The position numbers and the translations under genes were made by a program. From Octopus sinensis (lineage: Eukaryota): 64,000 bases of DNA. The stretch spans positions 114,204,001 to 114,268,000 of the forward strand of contig NC_042997.1 in the NCBI RefSeq assembly GCF_006345805.1, written 5' to 3'. The notes under the pieces were generated by a model, which made no database searches, was not told the DNA's origin, and was given only the letters and a program-made list of their open reading frames with translations. Every line of letters begins with the position of its first letter. The stretch's first letter is position 1. This document shows positions 50,886 to 62,625 of this stretch, in pieces.

Positions 50886-51759
50886 GGGTGTGTGTATATG
50901 TGTCATAGCCATGTAGCTCATCTACATCAAGAAACCCGTTTGCTTCCAATCCCTTCTTTCATACTCTAATTTTTCATCTCTTAGCATAAAGCTGCCTCCT
51001 CTACTGTAGTCCCTATCAGTAGAATAGGATCTTAGTGTCGCCCAGTTGCTGGTGCCATGAAAAGAAGCACCCGATAGACTCTTTACACTGGTTGGCGTCT
51101 GGAAAAGTATCCGGCCGTAGAAATCAAATCATGACGAAACAAACATTGGAGCCTGCTGCAGTCTTCAGACCCAGAGGATCTTGTGAGACTGTCCAACCAA
51201 TGCCAGCATGGAAGCTGGCTGTTGAAGAATGATGATGTTTCTAAATGTCAGTGTGTTGTCCCCACCCTATGTGTTCAGTTTGCCATTTTCCATTTGTAGC
51301 CCATCATGGAGTGTCTCCTCCTTCTGTTTATTGTACAACTACTACAATGGTCTCTACTCTTCTAAACCTTCTAGTTACACCCAACCTCCACCCAGTCCTC
51401 ACATCTGTGCCATCTCCTCTCATCACTCACACTTTTCTTTCATTTACCACTTCATCCAGTCCTTCTTCCCCACAATATCAAACTTCTGGAATCCTTTTTC
51501 TGACCATATATTTCCAGTAGTTGTTCTCTATATTGATGTTCCATATCTCAGGGAACCTGCAGAGGTCATGGGCACATCCCCTAACTCCTGATTAAACCAT
51601 AAGACAACTTTTTCAAGGGTGAAGACACGGCAAAATGTCCTTATTGATACAAATAGTTGGTTTCTTTTCTCATAGAACTATCTCCTGCATTTCATGTCCA
51701 GCAGTTAAGGAATTTTTTTTATCATTTCTTATTTGTAAAGTTCTACCATTATAAGCACA

Positions 51760-52200
51760 GACTGGCTCCTGCACCAGTGACATGTAAAAAGCACCATCCG
51801 AATGTGGTCGATGCCAGGTCCACCTGACTGGCTCTTGTGCCAGTCGCACATAAAAAGCTCCAACCGATCATGGTCAATGCCAGTACCCCTGACTGGCTCT
51901 TGTGCCGGTGGCATGTTGAAAGCACCATCTGAATGTGATCGATACCAGTACCCCATGACTGGCTCCTGTGCCGGTGACATGTAAAATGCACCATCCAAAC
52001 ATGATCGATGCTCCTGTGCTGGTGGCACATAAAAAGCACCCACTACCCTCTCGGAGTGGTTGGCATTGGGAAGGGCATCCAGTTATAGAAACCTTACCAG
52101 ATCAGATTGGAGCCTGGTGCAGCCTCCTAGCTTGCCAGTCCTCAGTCAAACCATCCAACCTATGCTAGCATGGAAAACGGACATTAAACGATGATGATGT
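51760..52200 (+). mobile_element. Family C with four 65-66-bp internal tandem units
   Basis: gactggctc units at 51760, 51826, 51891, 51957, then body and (GAT)n tail. Confidence 0.85.
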
Positions 52201-53147
52201 TGGTGGTGGTGTTTACAACAATGGGGTTTGTGTTGTAGTAAACAGGAGTGTTTCTGTAGTAGTAAACCATGATGTGTGTATAACAGTGGTATTTTTGTAA
52301 TCGCATGCAGTAGTGTTTCTGGTAGACATGCTGTTACGTTGCTCTGTTCATCTTCCCAGCATCAACTCTCTCTATTCTGTGTATTTTTTTTTATTTACTT
52401 ATCAGGTAGTGTGTGTGTATATATACACACGCATGCTTGCACACACACAAAATCCTTTTGTAACTATGAGATAATACACACAGCTTTGTATTTCTCTGGA
52501 ACACATCAACCCTGTGCCATCTCTCTCTCTCTCCCTCAAGCGTTCACCCTCTTCTGTTGTCTTACCTGTATTTCTCAGGACTTCCTTCTTTCCCGTCTGC
52601 CATCTCAAGCAAGGCACTGTCCCAACTACCTTCATTACAATTTATAAAGTTATTTATCAATGTTATATTCATAATCTTTTTCTCATTTATTTGCTGATCA
52701 GAGCAACTAAATAAAGCACATGTTTTGAAAAATTCAAAAAACCAAAATTTCCTTCAACAACATCCAGGCTGTATTCTTTAAATCTCATGATTTAAAGAAT
52801 ACAGTCTGGATATTGCTAAAGTTTGAGACATAATAACTGCAATGGTTTTTGCTTTTTTTTTTCTGTCTTTTGTGTCTGATTTTGCAGACCATTTTAGACT
52901 TTCGTTTGGTATTGTGTTCTTACTCATAAGCACTTGTCACTTTGTGTGTTGAGTGTATGGACAAACTCATTGACTACATAATTTATCAAGTTTGGCAATA
53001 TTGTGTGGGGCAGATGAATTTCTATGTTGCATTGGTGCTATGTCACAGCTTGTTTAGATTTATAGTTGCAAAATGGTTGCATTGACCAATATTTAAAGAT
53101 TTGCAATAAACTATTAAACTGAGTTTATCTTTAAGTTCTATGCATTC

Positions 53148-53585
53148 ATCATCATCATCATTGTTTAATGTCTGTTTTCCATGCTGGCATGGGTTACACA
53201 GTTTGAGGTCTGGAGAGCCAGCAGCTGCACCAGGCTCCAATCTGATCTGGCAAGGTTTCTATGGTTGGATGCCCTTCCTAATGCCAACCACTCCTAGAGT
53301 GTAGTTGGTGCTTTTTATATGCCACTAGCATGGGAGCCAGTCAGGCAGCACTGGCATCAACCACATTTAGATGGTACTTCTTTCATGCCACTGGCACAGG
53401 AGCCAGTCGGAGTGAAGGGGCTGGCACCACCCACATTCGGATGGTGCTTATTGTGTGCCACCAGCACTGTTAACGGCCACAACTACAATTTCCATTTCAT
53501 TTGATTTTGATTTACTTGGACTCAACAGGTCTCATCAAGCACAGCATGTTGCCCAACGATTCAAAGGTACTTTCTAAATGGGCTG
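53148..53585 (-). mobile_element. Family C, extended copy
   Basis: (CAT)n tail, body, internal units and the same 5' extension as 10512-10865. Confidence 0.75.
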
Positions 53586-54169
53586 ATTAATTTTATTGAT
53601 GTTTTAAGTATTTTCATCTGTTTTATATTGTGTGGTGATACTGAAAGCCAAACAATATGATTGCTGTTTTTAAATTTACATGTTTACCATCTTAAATCTA
53701 TGCAAGAACATTCATAGAGCATTCTTAGATCCCAGCCATTGTTAACATTATCATCATCTTTAGTGTTCATTTTTTTATTCTATTTGTCACTTGTCAGAAA
53801 AGTTTGCTGAACTGCTCCTGTCAAAGTCATTTTGTGAATGGAACCAAAATAGTTCCATCTTAAGCTACTTCCTTCCCAGTTTTCTTTGGTCTGTCTCTTG
53901 CATGTTTCAATCACACTGTCAAATCACTGCACGATTGAGTGTAGTCAAATGTAAGATTTCTGAAAGCCAATTTGTGCCAAATATATTGCGATTATCTTAG
54001 ATGGAGCTTGAACGAAAGAATACTTGAAAACTGGAAATGTTCACCTGTATGTAGGATCTTTAGATGAAAATAACAGGCTATTTTGGGTTTATATAAGACC
54101 TGTTGTTCTAATTTTCAGAGATGACAATCATTGGTTGTTTCTTTTGAAACTGTTTAAGATTATATACGA

Positions 54170-54690
54170 CTTTCAGTCGTTGGACTACGGTCATGCTGGG
54201 GCATCACTTAGAAGAGTTTAATCAAACTAATTGACCCAACATTTACTTAAGTTTAGTATTTATTCTGTTGGTCTCTTTTGCTGAATAACTAACTTATGGG
54301 AATGTTTGTTTCAGTCATTAGACTGTGGCCATGCTAGAGCACCACCTTGGAAAATTCTAATCGAACAAATTGCCCTCAATACTTTTTTTTTTTACCTTTT
54401 TTAAGCTTGATATTTATTCTGTCGATCCCTTTTGCAGAGCCGTTGTTATGGGGATCTATTTATATACCAATACCAGTTGTCAAGCAGCAGTGGGGGACAA
54501 ACACACACACACACACACGTACATATTATATATACAACAGGCTTCTTTCAGTTTCCATCTACCAAATCCACTCAAGTCTTTGGTCAGCACAGGGCTATAG
54601 TAGAAGACACTTGGTCAAGGTGCCATGCAGTGGGACTGAACCTGGAGCCATGTGGTTGGGAAGAAACTTCTTAGCACACAGCCACACCTG
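54170..54690 (-). mobile_element. SINE family A with an extra tail segment
   Basis: Tail segments at about 54170-54310 and from about 54310; head near 54690. Confidence 0.75.
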
Positions 54691-55207
54691 TAGATATAAA
54701 ATAGTAACAGTTAAAAAGTGTGTGCTTGCACACACACACACATGAGTGCATACAGATGCACATGCATATATGTGCACAAACACATACACAACATGCAAAC
54801 GCACACAAGCAGGTAGGCAGGTGGCACAGTACACCTAAGGGTAAATGCATGTACATAGAGGTGCAGGCATTTTAATTGGATCAGCCTAGAGGAAAGGGCT
54901 GTGATTATGGTCTTTGCAGGTTTTCTCTCTCTCTCTCACACACACACAAAAATATGTATGCACGCACACATAAACATAAACGCATATCAGTTAATCAACC
55001 AGCCATTCCTTTCACATATATGTTGCACAGTTAGTTTTAGGTGTTTCTCATTATAATTGTAACAATTAAAAACAGTAATTAGCCAAGTTCTTAATTTCCT
55101 TTCTTTAATCTACAGAAAATTTAAACTCACTTTTGGGCTTGTCACATCAAAAATATTGTGTGTATATGTATGCTTGTGTGTGTGTGATACAACCATGCCT
55201 GTGCACA

Positions 55208-55406
55208 TATATATTAAACAAAATGAGACAACAAGGCCAAGACTGGGGGGAAGTTTTAGGACATTCATAAAGACGAAGTTAATCTTACAGCTGTTTCTGG
55301 GATATCCCTAATATCCTAGAAATTGCTGTAAGACTAACTTTCTCTTTATGAATGTCTAAAAATTCCACACAGCCTTGGCTTTGTTGTCTCATTTTATTTA
55401 ATATAT
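55208..55406. mobile_element. Foldback (hairpin) element, TA-flanked
   Basis: Arms 55208-55305 and 55311-55406 are roughly 85% reverse-complementary; 5-nt loop CCCTA. Confidence 0.85.
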
Positions 55407-55535
55407 ACATATTCACACAAGGCCCACATTAGACTCCTCATTCATATTATTATTATTATCAAACCGAGAGTCTAACTATAGCCCTTCTGTAGCACTTACA
55501 TCGCCTTACCTGTCATCTTGGGTCTTCTGGATACC

Positions 55536-55598
<63 letters not shown>

Positions 55599-55630
55599 AC
55601 ACACATATATAATATATATATATATATGTG

Positions 55631-56040
55631 CGCAGGCATGGCTTGTGATACAAAGTTTGCTTCTCAATCACATAGTTCCGGGGTTCAGTCCCACTGCATG
55701 GTACCTTGGGCAAGTGTCTTCTACTATAGCTTCAGGCCAACCAAAGCCTTGTAAGTAAATATGGCAGGCAGAAACTGAAAGAAGCGTGTGTGTATATATA
55801 TCAAATGAATGTCTTATAAAACTATTCTGCATGTTGTTGTATCTGTGTTTGTCCCCTACCATCGTTTGACAATTGGTGTTTACATCCCTGTAACTTAGCA
55901 GTTTGGTAAAAGAACTGATAGAATAAGTGGCAGGCTTAAGAAAATGTAAATACTGAAGCCAATTCATTTGACTAAAATTCTTCAACATGGTACCCCCAGC
56001 ATAGCCGCAATCTAATGATTGAAACAAGTAAAAGATAAAA
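55631..56040 (+). mobile_element. SINE family A
   Basis: Head to tail match. Confidence 0.8.
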
Positions 56041-57814
56041 GATTTATAAAATGTATGTCTTTGTATGTGTGCAAAATTTACATTTTGTTTCTTTTGAAAC
56101 ACCTCCAAAGCATTTGCGTTCACATTGTGTTTCTTATTCTTTTATTTGGAAAAAAATAAGAAGAGATATTTTGAAGTAAAGTTAATCAAGTCTTTGATAG
56201 CAGAATGTATGTTCATGCATTGGTGTGTTTGTGTGTATGGTGCCTGCATGTGTCTGCTTGCTTGCTTGCGTGTGTATGTGTGTGTGTGCGCAGACAGGAT
56301 TGGTACAAGTAGATAATGAAACAGAAGGATGGTAATTATTTGAAGGAAGCTATTAGAAGACATATTAATAAAGATAATACAGATAATAAAGCAGAGGAAA
56401 AGTGTGATATTATTATGATGAAGTGATGTTATGTGTTGGCAAGTGTTTGGTGAAGAAAAACCTGCCAAATTGTACCGGAAAACATTGGCAAACCATTGGC
56501 TACAATAATAATTAACTCGGTAGTAGTAGCTCTGCTTATGATTCAAAAGTTAGTTTTTCCTGAAGTATTCTGAGAAATAAACATTATTAGACAAAAATCA
56601 CGAACAAATACTGAATTTTTTTTCCTCTTCTTTATTTCTCCTCCCCCTCCTGATCCAGTGTCTGTATTCTCTCTTATGTTCACCTTGTTTTATGTTAAGA
56701 GTTACTCTGACACCTTATCACCACCACCCTTTTATTTTGTTTCCAGCTATTCCCACCCACCCTTATATAATGTGGTTAGCCTAGCCACGTAGCTCTTCTA
56801 AAGAAAGTATAGCTAGACACCTGTGGATATTCCTCCATCATATTTTAGCCTTTCAGTACCTGGCATAAAGCCACCACGCCCCCCCCTCTCTCAAATGCAC
56901 TCCCACCCACTCAGTCAAGAGAGCATTTTTCTTTTCTTGCCTTGCAAGTTACTTGGCAATCTCACTAGTACCGGTGTCATGAAAATGCACATACTGCACA
57001 CTGCAAAGAGGTTGGCAGCTTGCGACGGTGCCACGTAAAAAGCACCGAGTACACTCTGTAAAGTGGTTGGTGTTGGGGATGGTGTCCAGCTGTAGAAACC
57101 ATACCAGCTCCTGTCAACAGGGAAAATGGATGTATATCGCTCATGGTCTGTGTGTGTGTGTATGTAAGGAATTTCATTAGGGTGCAGTTGAAAAACCCTC
57201 ACAAAGCATCAACAGCAGCAGTCTAGAAAAAAGCTTTGCATCTGTGCATGAGATGGAAAAACTAGAACTTATTTTATTGAGACATAACTTGTCCCAAATA
57301 TTCCAGAAATCTGTCCTAATCTGAAAACCTGTCCTTTTAGGGAAGACTTGCTCTGAAATGGAATAACAAAAACCAAATAAAAATTGAAATGAAGGCACTC
57401 TTGTGAAAATTGCCTGGCAATTATGAGATGCTTAGCTGGAACACACACACTGTCCCACGTGTGTGTGTGTGTAAAGATGACCTTATAATGAACCATTGAA
57501 CTTGCCTCATAGTGTACGATTAATTTAAAATTTTATAATACATTAGATTCCCAACCTAGAAATGGTACAGGAAAACGGTGGATCCATAGGTTAGCGCTGA
57601 TTAAAATATATAACTTTGAGTATTCTAAATTAATTCTAGCGTGAAGGAAAGAGTAGGTAGGGAGAAGGAGGAAGAATAATTCGTTAAATGAAATACACAC
57701 AACAGGGAGCAGCTTGTTAAAGCTAATGAATGTGTAAAATAATTAAGAAATGTTGTATTGTCAGTTACAGGTGTGTCAATGACATCTTGGGTACAATGTA
57801 ATTTATCATCATTA

Positions 57815-58325
57815 AGGCAGTGAGCAGGTAGAATTGTTAACATGTCGGGCTTAGTAGTATTTCGTCCATTCTTTACACTCATCATCATCATCATCATCAT
57901 AGTTCAAATTTGGCCAAGATTGACTTAGCCTTTCATCCTTTCAGGCTTGATAAAGTAAGTATGAGTTGAACATTGGGATTGATATAATTGACTTGCTCCC
58001 CCCCACTAAAATTGCCGGCCTTGTACCAAAATTTGAAATTATTGGTGCCCCAGCATGGCCGCGGCCTTCAGGCTAAAACATTTTAAAGGATTTTTTAAGG
58101 ATCGTTAAGGCGACCAGTTGGCAGGATTATTAGCACACTGGGCGAAATGCTTAGCGGTGTTTCATCTGTCTTTACATTTCTGAGTTCAAATCCGGCCAAG
58201 GTCGACTTTGCCTTTCATCCTTTCAGGGTCAATAAATTAAGTACCAGTTGTGTACTGGGGTCAATCTAATCGACTAGCCCCCTTCCCCAAGGTTTCGAAC
58301 TTTGTGCCTAGAGTAGAAAAGATTT
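57815..58325 (+). mobile_element. Two family B-type SINEs
   Basis: Two heads with gagttcaaat-type B boxes and conserved bodies; (ATT)n tail. Confidence 0.7.
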
Positions 58326-59248
58326 TTATTATTATTATTGAGGGACTTAGAGCAAGAATCCAATTCACATTCGAATCTGCCCGGATCATATAAAGAATGA
58401 ATAGATATGTTATCATTTAGATTCTTGCTGCTCTGCATGCATCTCCTATCAGCATACACCAACAAATCATGTGTTTGCTGACTTCTGTAAACAAGAGCCA
58501 GTACTTTTGCTAGATTCATTGACCTGGGAGGGTAACTTTGACCGAAGAAACACAATAACGTCAAGACACCACAGTATCTCGAAGTTTTATTACGTCAATG
58601 GAACCCATTACATCAATGACACATTGTCTAAAAGGAGATGTTCTCTGATGATGAAAAACAACAGTGACTAGATGTTCACATTTGAATCTGCCAGAAATGT
58701 ATTGAGAACGAAAAAAAATTTATATTTCTCATATATTCTGCAAGGAGTTCCACTGCATATTAACATAAACTGAAATGTTTACCCTTCTCCACCTCATCAC
58801 CCTTGCATTCTCCTCCACATCTCCCCCCTCTCTCTCCCTCTCTCTGGTATAAGTTGATTACACACTCACTGAGAACTGCTCTACTTCATTGATATTATCA
58901 GATCTTATAACAGGTCAGTAGAGTGCCAGGAACAGTAGAGTACCACAAACTGGTGCTGTTATCTTTGTTAACTAAACAAACAAGATTCAACTGAAAGAAT
59001 CAGTCAGTGTGTCTGCTGCCAGGTATTAAAAACAACTGATTGAATCAAATATCAGATTTTAGTGGGGGTGTTCAGTTTTGTTGTTGGTGATGATGATGAT
59101 GATGATTATGTTGTTATTGGAGGTTATCCTATTGATAAATCTGAACAGGATATTGGTATTGATAATCTAAATATTCTGGTTAACTTCATAACAATATCGA
59201 TAGCTGTAATATCAGTGGTTCTTTGCCTTTTATAGTTCAGCAGCCCCC

Positions 59249-59479
59249 TTAACCCTTTCGTTACTGTATTTCTGTTGAGATGCTCTGTGTTTCTTTCAAT
59301 TAATTTTAAATATTACAAAGAATTTAGTAAAATAACTTAGTTATCATTAAGCTAGTGTTAGGAACATAAATTGTGACTAAGGTTTGGTGGAAGATTTTTT
59401 ATTAAGAACTTATGAAAACAAGACATTTGTACTACAGTGTCAGAGGCGGTTTCAGCCAGGTTGGTAATGAAAGGGTTAA
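59249..59479. mobile_element. Family H TTAA MITE monomer
   Basis: TTAACCCTTTCGTTAC ... GGTAATGAAAGGGTTAA. Confidence 0.9.
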
Positions 59480-59932
59480 TGGAATGACATTTTACAAACA
59501 CCTCCTTCACAAATATTACAAAAATGTTGTGCAATGTTATTGTAATTCATTGAACAGGTGCCTCTTCTCAGATATTTGCATAGATTCATCAAGCCTTTGT
59601 GTTAAAGTTTTATTGAAATTATACTAGAACTTGGCATATCATCTGTCATGATATGCCTAATGTCTGAATCCTGACAAAATTGTTTTGAAAAATCAGAAAA
59701 ACAATCAAAAGTATTGTACCTGGTTCAAATATTTTATTTCTAATAAAAATCATGACTCCCTCTAAGCACACAGTGCCTCTGACATCTCTATCAAGGGAGT
59801 GATACCAGCCAGGTAAAGAACCTTTGTTTTACACATCCTTAACTCTTTCGGCCCCACTGGTACATATTTGTACCAGTCAAGAATTTTACAACCTATGTGA
59901 TGCAGTATAGTACCACTCTGTTTTTTCTGGTA

Positions 59933-60195
59933 AGATGCTTACGTAGTATACTTAAAATTAGATGGCCTGAACACATAAGCAATATGGAGCTATGGCAAAG
60001 AACAAATGAAGTTTCGATTAGGGAGCAAATATCACACCAAATGTAGTGAAAAGTGCTTTCCAGTGGAATCCAGATGGATATAGAAGGAGAGGTAAGCCTA
60101 AGAACTTGTGGCAGAGATCAACACAAAAGGAACTAGAGAAAGGGGGACATTCATGGCAGAGTATAAGTACAGAAGCCAAAAATAAAAAATTCCAG
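59933..60195 (+). pseudogene. RTE-clade LINE C-terminal fragment with an internal deletion
   Basis: RCLRSILKIRWPEHISNMELWQRTNEVSIREQI and KSAFQWNPDGYRRRGKPKNLWQRSTQKELEK match RTE C-terminal motifs (CLRxILxIRWxxxISN; WNPxGxRxRGRPKxTW); the RWxWxGH block is missing. Confidence 0.75.
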
Positions 60196-60924
60196 GTTGA
60201 AAGGGTTAAACTGAATATTCTATGGTCATTGAGAAGAACTCTGTATTGTAGTAAAATTATAATGAAACCACAGAGCAGTGTACAGGTTTGTTGTTAAATT
60301 TAGATTTATGATTAAATTTAGATTTAGGTTTAAAATATCTGTGAACTAGGTGTAAATAAATAAACCAAATATTGAAACTAATAATGTTGGTGGAGCCTCT
60401 TGACAACTTTCTAATATCACATTTCTTTAGTTTTTTTTTAATAAAAATATTATAACAAAACCTTCATCTCTCAGCAACTGAGCCGTTACATACACCTCAC
60501 TACCTCCCTCATCTCTCCTCCATCTCTCTCTAATCTATGTGATAAGCCACATTCTTTTTGCTTCTTTTTATTCATACCCCCACCCTGTCTACCTAACTAC
60601 CAAGGTCCTCCCCTATTCTTAGAAATCTTGTGTACAGAGTAACCTCTGAAATTTTTGCTCTCCAACCTAACTGGGTCTCATTTAGTGTAAAATATTGTAC
60701 AAGCTCTTTGTATGTTTCTTGGCCGGTATCCTGAGGGAGACTACCTGGTGGTATTGATTTGGCAGTGAATTAATCTGTGTGCTCTATGATGTGTTTTGTA
60801 AATATTAAATCTATCCACCAGAGAATTTGTTCTTGATGTTGGCTGATAGATGAGTGGTTTCTTCGACTAAAATAGATGAATGGTTTGATTAACCGATTGA
60901 TGGATGATCTGTTTGTGATCCTAG

Positions 60925-61313
60925 TCGTTGTTGTCGTGGTACTCCATCGGTTACGACAATGAGGGTTCCAGTTGATCTGATCAACAGAACAGCCTGCTCG
61001 TGAAATTAACGTGCAAGTGGCTGAGCACTCCACAGACATGTGTACCCTTAACCATAGTTCTCGGGGAGATTCAGCATGACACAAAGTGGTGACAAGGCTG
61101 GCCCTTTGAAATAAACGTACAACAGAAACAGGAAGAAAGTGAGAGAGAGAGTTGTGGTGAATGAGTACTGCAGGGTTTCCCCCCACTGCCGGAACCTCGT
61201 GGAGCTTTAGGTGATTTTGCTCAATAAACACTTGCAGCACCCAGTCTGGGAATCAAAACCATGATACTACGACTGCAAGTCTGCTGCCCTAACCACTGGG
61301 CCATTGTGCCTCC
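60925..61313 (-). mobile_element. SINE with family E head and middle and family D tail
   Basis: Head and middle match 14630-14808; tail matches 36012-36183. Confidence 0.8.
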
Positions 61314-61472
61314 TCTTGTGAATCTATAGGTTATATTGGGTACATTAATTGAAATTTCTATTGTCTTCTTTCCTGCATATTGATCTTGGCCACTTCCCAC
61401 AGGGCAGTAGGGTCTCGTTTTCTTTCCTTAGAAGCTTCTTGATTCCAAGTTTTGCTTCCACACCTTGTCTCT

Positions 61473-61703
61473 TTAACCCTTTTGTTGCCATATTTCTGTT
61501 GAGATGCTCTGTGTTTCTTTCAATTAATTTTAAATATAACAAAGAATTTAGTAAAATAAGCTTAGTTATCATTAAGCTAATGTTAGGAACATAAATTGTG
61601 ACTAAGGTTTGGTGGAAGATTTTAATTCAGAACTTTTGAAAACAAGACATTTGTACTACAGAGCCAGAGGCGGTTTCAGGTGGGTTGGTATCAACAGGGT
61701 TGA
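61473..61703. mobile_element. Family H TTAA MITE monomer
   Basis: TTAACCCTTTTGTTGCC ... CAACAGGGTTGA. Confidence 0.85.
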
Positions 61704-62269
61704 TGATTGAGCAGAAAAATAACTAAAAACAGCTTTGTTTATTCAAAATGCTTATATTGTATCTAGTTGTCAGAGCATAGTGAAAAATGGCAGTGATGCA
61801 GAAAAGTCTTTTTCTTTAAACTTCGGCAGTCATTTATTCTAAATATAGAGTTGTGCATGTGTGGTTATTAACTAATTACATAATAATAATGAAAAAAAAA
61901 AAAAAAAAGCCAGATACACTCCAGAAAGATGTAAAGAAAGATGATAGTGACAAATGAAATGCAATTAGTAACAGACATACAAACATCACACATGCAAAAT
62001 GTTCTTCCTTGATTTTTTTGCAGTTGTTCTATTATGAATTTTACAGGCAAGCTGAGTTACTCCCTTCAGGAATAATTCCCAAAATAAATCAGCAAAAATC
62101 AGTAACACATTGTATCAATTTTAATAGCAAATGTCACAGAATATAAATGGAATGATAGAAGCAAAGGATTACAGCTTTCTCCTTTCGATTAGGAAGTTCG
62201 TTACTTCCTTTGAAGCAAACATAAGCAAGAATGGTTTGGGGTTTTACAGGGATATTAAGAGATAAATCT

Positions 62270-62625
62270 TAGACACCTTCATTTATTAGAAGTAGATTAC
62301 TGGTATACAAGAGTTCCAAAGGATAGCCCTTCTAAGCTGGAGAGAAAATAGGGGTATCAGGATGGAATTTTGAGGGATGCCAACCTGCAAACAATATTCC
62401 TTGCAGAACTTGTTACTCCCAACTTTCTGACGGCATTTCTGTACATAGTTTGCAAGGTTCTTGAGAGTCATTCATTAACTCATAATCTATTTAGTGACCA
62501 CTAGAACATGGTGATCACTAACAACATGGTACCCTGTCAAAGGCCATCTTGGTCAATGAATGCTAGTTATAGGGGTTTGGTTTTAGTTTGACACTTTGAC
62601 TTGCACCAGTTTAACCAGGCCATGG
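62270..62625 (-). pseudogene. Fossil RTE-clade reverse transcriptase core fragment
   Basis: Across frameshifts: KPL*LAFID / AFDRVP / WSLNRL*VNE*LSRTLQTMYRNA / VGSNKFCKEYCLQVGIPQNSILIPL / GYPLELLYTSNLLLINE, matching KPLYLAFVD-EKAFDRVP, VGVHQGSVLSPL and GCPWELLYADDLALIAE; YADD decayed to YTSN. Confidence 0.7.

Noticed and set aside
51760-52030. Regularly spaced 65-66-bp units resembling a CRISPR array
   Set aside because: The whole unit is repeated with no unique spacers, it lies inside a eukaryotic retro-repeat, and no cas genes are present.
56823-57038. ORF starting DIPPSYFS, resembling the Pro-rich PPxY region of CUEDC1
   Set aside because: Most of it overlaps a family C variant repeat also seen at 23620-23780, and no fitting splice sites were found.
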